In this document: positions 34,581 to 36,846 of the stretch, piece after piece
How the letters are laid out: every line of letters starts with the position of its first letter
Position numbering within the stretch: the first letter of the stretch is position 1
Virus record (IMG/VR): IMGVR_UViG_3300012680_000005
Span: 1 to 36,846 of that record
Source of the DNA: a virus
Lineage: Duplodnaviria > Caudoviricetes
Direction: 5' to 3' (one strand)
DNA: 36,846 nt
The notes under the pieces: model-generated
The model's database searches: none
Seen by the model: only the letters and a program-made list of their open reading frames with translations
What the model was told of the DNA's origin: nothing
Program-made: the position numbers and the translations under genes

Positions 34581-35184
34581 GGAGGCCGACCCCTCCTCCG
34601 CCTCACCCGAGCACACCGAGCACACCCAGGCTCATGCCGAGGCGACCGAGGCCCGAGCCGTCGTCACCGCCTCCGAACTTGCCTCCAAGGTCGTCCAGTC
34701 CGCCGAGGTGGTCGAGTCTGCCGCTGCCGGCCGCGCCGTGGACGCCGAGTTACAGGTACTCGCCCTGACCGAGCAGGTCACCGCGCTCTCGACCGTTCTC
34801 GGCACCGTGGGCTCAGCCCTCGCCACCGAGCAGACCTGGCGCCGGCGGTTCTTCGGGGCCTTCATCACCGGGACGCTCATCGGCTTCGCCCTGCTCTCCA
34901 CCCTCGTGTGGCTCGCCCTCGGCAACCGGGACATCAGCCAGGACACGCGACAGACCAACGAGGCCACCGCCGACTGCGTCGAACCCGAGGGTGACTGCTT
35001 CAAGGCCGCCCGGGCCCGGGACGCCGACCTCATCCGCACCGTCGACCAGAACACCCGGTGCGTGGTGCAGGACACCATCAACGACCTGATCAACCAGAGC
35101 CCCGACGCCGCCGAGCAGGGTGTGCAGCCGATCGACGTGACCCCGGGCTTTGATTGCAACCGCGATTCACGGGTCGACAACTGA
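34558..35184 (+). CDS. Membrane protein with Cys-containing extracellular part
   Basis: TM segment 'FFGAFITGTLIGFALLSTLVWLAL'; 'ADCVEPEGDCFK'. Confidence 0.7.
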   Translation: MSDDVTPEEADPSSASPEHTEHTQAHAEATEARAVVTASELASKVVQSAEVVESAAAGRAVDAELQVLALTEQVTALSTVLGTVGSALATEQTWRRRFFGAFITGTLIGFALLSTLVWLALGNRDISQDTRQTNEATADCVEPEGDCFKAARARDADLIRTVDQNTRCVVQDTINDLINQSPDAAEQGVQPIDVTPGFDCNRDSRVDN

Positions 35185-35315
35185 GCGCCGCCTGAGTACC
35201 GCTCAGCCCTAACAGCTCCGAGAAGGCCCCTTCCTGGCCCGCAAACGGGTTGCCGGGTATGTCGGTGCCTCCCGACGACCTGGGCCTTCGTCCGACCGTC
35301 CTACGAGGAGGTCCC

Positions 35316-36506
35316 ATGCGAGGAGCCCTCAATGGTGGAGCGCGCCCGGCTGTTCTGGGTGAGCCTCGTCGCCCTCGCCCTGGTGGTCCTCGAGGGGATC
35401 CTCCTGTGGGGAGCGGTGAGCCTGGCCCGGGCCGGGGCCATCGTGCCCGACGCCCTCTGGGTGCTGGCCGCCGGCGTCCTCGGCGCCATCGCCTTCGTGG
35501 CCTCGGGCTTGCGGTCGCCGCGCTGAGCCTGGTGCTGGCGTCCTGCGCCAAGCCCGGCACGGCCGCCGGCGGGCTCTGGCTGAGCGAGTCCGAGCTGAAC
35601 GCCCTGCCCACCAGCGGCCCGGCGTGGGACCAGGTGCGCTCGGCCGCATCCGGCTGGCCTGGTGGCCAGGCCGTGCTGTCCTCGAACGACAGCACGCATG
35701 ACGTCGACACCATGGCCGCCGCCCTCGTGGCCGCCCGCACCGACGACGGGGCCCTGCGGTCGCGCGTGTGCGCCACCGTCGAGTCCCTGCCCGGCGCCGG
35801 CCTGTCCCGGGCGCTCGAGCTCGGCCGATCCCTCCCCGGCTACGTCATCGCCGCCGACCTCACCGGCTGCGCCATCGACGAGCCGTGGCTGCGGTCCGTG
35901 CTCACCCGCCCGCTGCAGGGCCACTCCGGCGGGGGCAACCTCCTGGAGACGGCGCAGCGCTCGGCCAACAACTGGGGCGCCATGGCCCGGGCCGCGGTGT
36001 CGGCCGCGGCCGCCTTCCTCGACGACGGCGCGCTGCTCGCCGAGATGGGCCGAGCGCACCGGGAGTACGCCGGCGAGGCGGTGAGCCCTGAGCGGCTGCA
36101 GTACACCGACACCAGCTGGCACGCCGACCCGGCCGACAAGGCCGGGATCAACCGCCCCGGGGCAACCATCGGTGGCCAGGACGTGAGCGGGGTCATCCCC
36201 GAGGACCAGCGCCGCACGGGCGAGTTCGCTTGGCCACCGCCATGCGGCAACTACCCATTCGGTGGTCTCCAAGGCGAGGTGACGGCGGCGGTGATTTTGG
36301 ACCGCGCTGGGGCCGTCAGTTTTCGGGCAGGGTCCAACGCTCTAGTCAGAGCGGCGGCGTGGCTCTATGGCCACGGCTGTCCGGCGACGGGCGATGACCG
36401 CTTCGTCACGCCGCTGCTGAACCGCCTCGGTGGTTCCTCGTTCCCCGTTGATCCCTCGGCGGGTCCCGGAAAGGTGGCTGCGTGGTCGGCGTGGACTCAC
36501 GGATGA
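35316..36506 (+). CDS. Alginate-lyase-like lipoprotein (start uncertain)
   Basis: Lipobox 'LVLAS-C'; helical domain with 'LGRSLPGYVIAADL', 'ANNWG', 'GVIPEDQRR' and 'NY...LQG'. Confidence 0.65.
   Translation: MRGALNGGARPAVLGEPRRPRPGGPRGDPPVGSGEPGPGRGHRARRPLGAGRRRPRRHRLRGLGLAVAALSLVLASCAKPGTAAGGLWLSESELNALPTSGPAWDQVRSAASGWPGGQAVLSSNDSTHDVDTMAAALVAARTDDGALRSRVCATVESLPGAGLSRALELGRSLPGYVIAADLTGCAIDEPWLRSVLTRPLQGHSGGGNLLETAQRSANNWGAMARAAVSAAAAFLDDGALLAEMGRAHREYAGEAVSPERLQYTDTSWHADPADKAGINRPGATIGGQDVSGVIPEDQRRTGEFAWPPPCGNYPFGGLQGEVTAAVILDRAGAVSFRAGSNALVRAAAWLYGHGCPATGDDRFVTPLLNRLGGSSFPVDPSAGPGKVAAWSAWTHG
35332..35526 (+). CDS. Two-TM holin-like membrane protein
   Basis: AGGAG RBS at 35321-35325; two hydrophobic helices; GC3-rich. 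Confidence 0.7.
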   Translation: MVERARLFWVSLVALALVVLEGILLWGAVSLARAGAIVPDALWVLAAGVLGAIAFVASGLRSPR

Positions 36507-36619
36507 GCAGGAGGGGCGAGGTCGTGCTCTACGCCGCCGTCATGATCCCCGCCGCCGTGGCCGGCTGGTTCGCCGGCCAGTGGCTTGGCCGCAGGCTCGG
36601 ATGGGAGGAACGCCGATGA
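36503..36619 (+). CDS. Small membrane peptide
   Basis: ATGA overlaps; 'VVLYAAVMIPAAVAGWFAGQWLG'. Confidence 0.5.
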   Translation: MSRRGEVVLYAAVMIPAAVAGWFAGQWLGRRLGWEERR

Positions 36620-36786
36620 GCGACACCACGGTGCAGGTCTTCAAGGACGCCGCCGGCGCCTGGCGCTGGCGGGCGGTGGCCCGTAACCACGAGACCGTCG
36701 CCACCGGAGAAAGCCACGGGTCCCGCTCCGACGCCACCCGGGCCGCTCGCCGCGCCTTCCCCGACGCCGAGCTCGTCGAGCCCTGA
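36616..36786 (+). CDS. DUF1508/YegP-like protein
   Basis: GGAGG RBS; 'VFKDAAGAWRWRAVARNHETVATGES...RSDA'. Confidence 0.8.
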   Translation: MSDTTVQVFKDAAGAWRWRAVARNHETVATGESHGSRSDATRAARRAFPDAELVEP

Positions 36787-36788
36787 CC

Positions 36789-36812
36789 GGCCGCGCGATC
36801 TAGCGCGCGGCC
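36789..36812 (+). terminator. GC-rich hairpin (possible terminator without U-tract)
   Basis: GGCCGCGCG-ATCTAG-CGCGCGGCC, a 9-bp perfect stem. Confidence 0.5.
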
Positions 36813-36846
36813 CCCCAACCCAAGGAGCCACCATGCCCCCCGCACC

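Noticed and set aside
35222-35289. c-di-GMP-I riboswitch suggested by GCAAA
   Set aside because: Lacks the GGCAAACC...GAAA...GACGCAAAGC arrangement; kept only as an unclassified structure.

Overview
High-GC (actinobacterial-type) tailed phage or prophage segment in which essentially all protein genes lie on the + strand. 1-10.9 kb is an early/middle region: a standalone Cas7/RAMP-like gene coupled to a RecT-like annealase, three DNA methyltransferases, a replication initiator, a G39P-like helicase loader and RusA. 10.9-33 kb is a siphovirus morphogenesis module: HNH, small and large terminase, portal, scaffold, capsid, neck, tail tube, frameshifted tail chaperone, tape measure and minor tail proteins. 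33-36.8 kb holds an M15-peptidase endolysin, membrane proteins and a lipoprotein alginate-lyase-like gene. The main signal is a perfect 10-unit (GGC-NN) pentamer array on the - strand between terminase and portal, preceded by a -10 box and followed by a hairpin. With the orphan Cas7-like gene, it suggests a non-CRISPR RNA-guided system (VIPR-like) whose variable dinucleotides may spell a gapped DNA target, and the decoded pattern partly matches the start of the adjacent portal gene. Also notable is a methyltransferase carrying an overprinted HNH nuclease and an ACG-TAG-C-ACG junction resembling a translational bypass. No integrase, CRISPR array or other cas gene was seen. All protein calls come from motif recognition by eye, not database searches.
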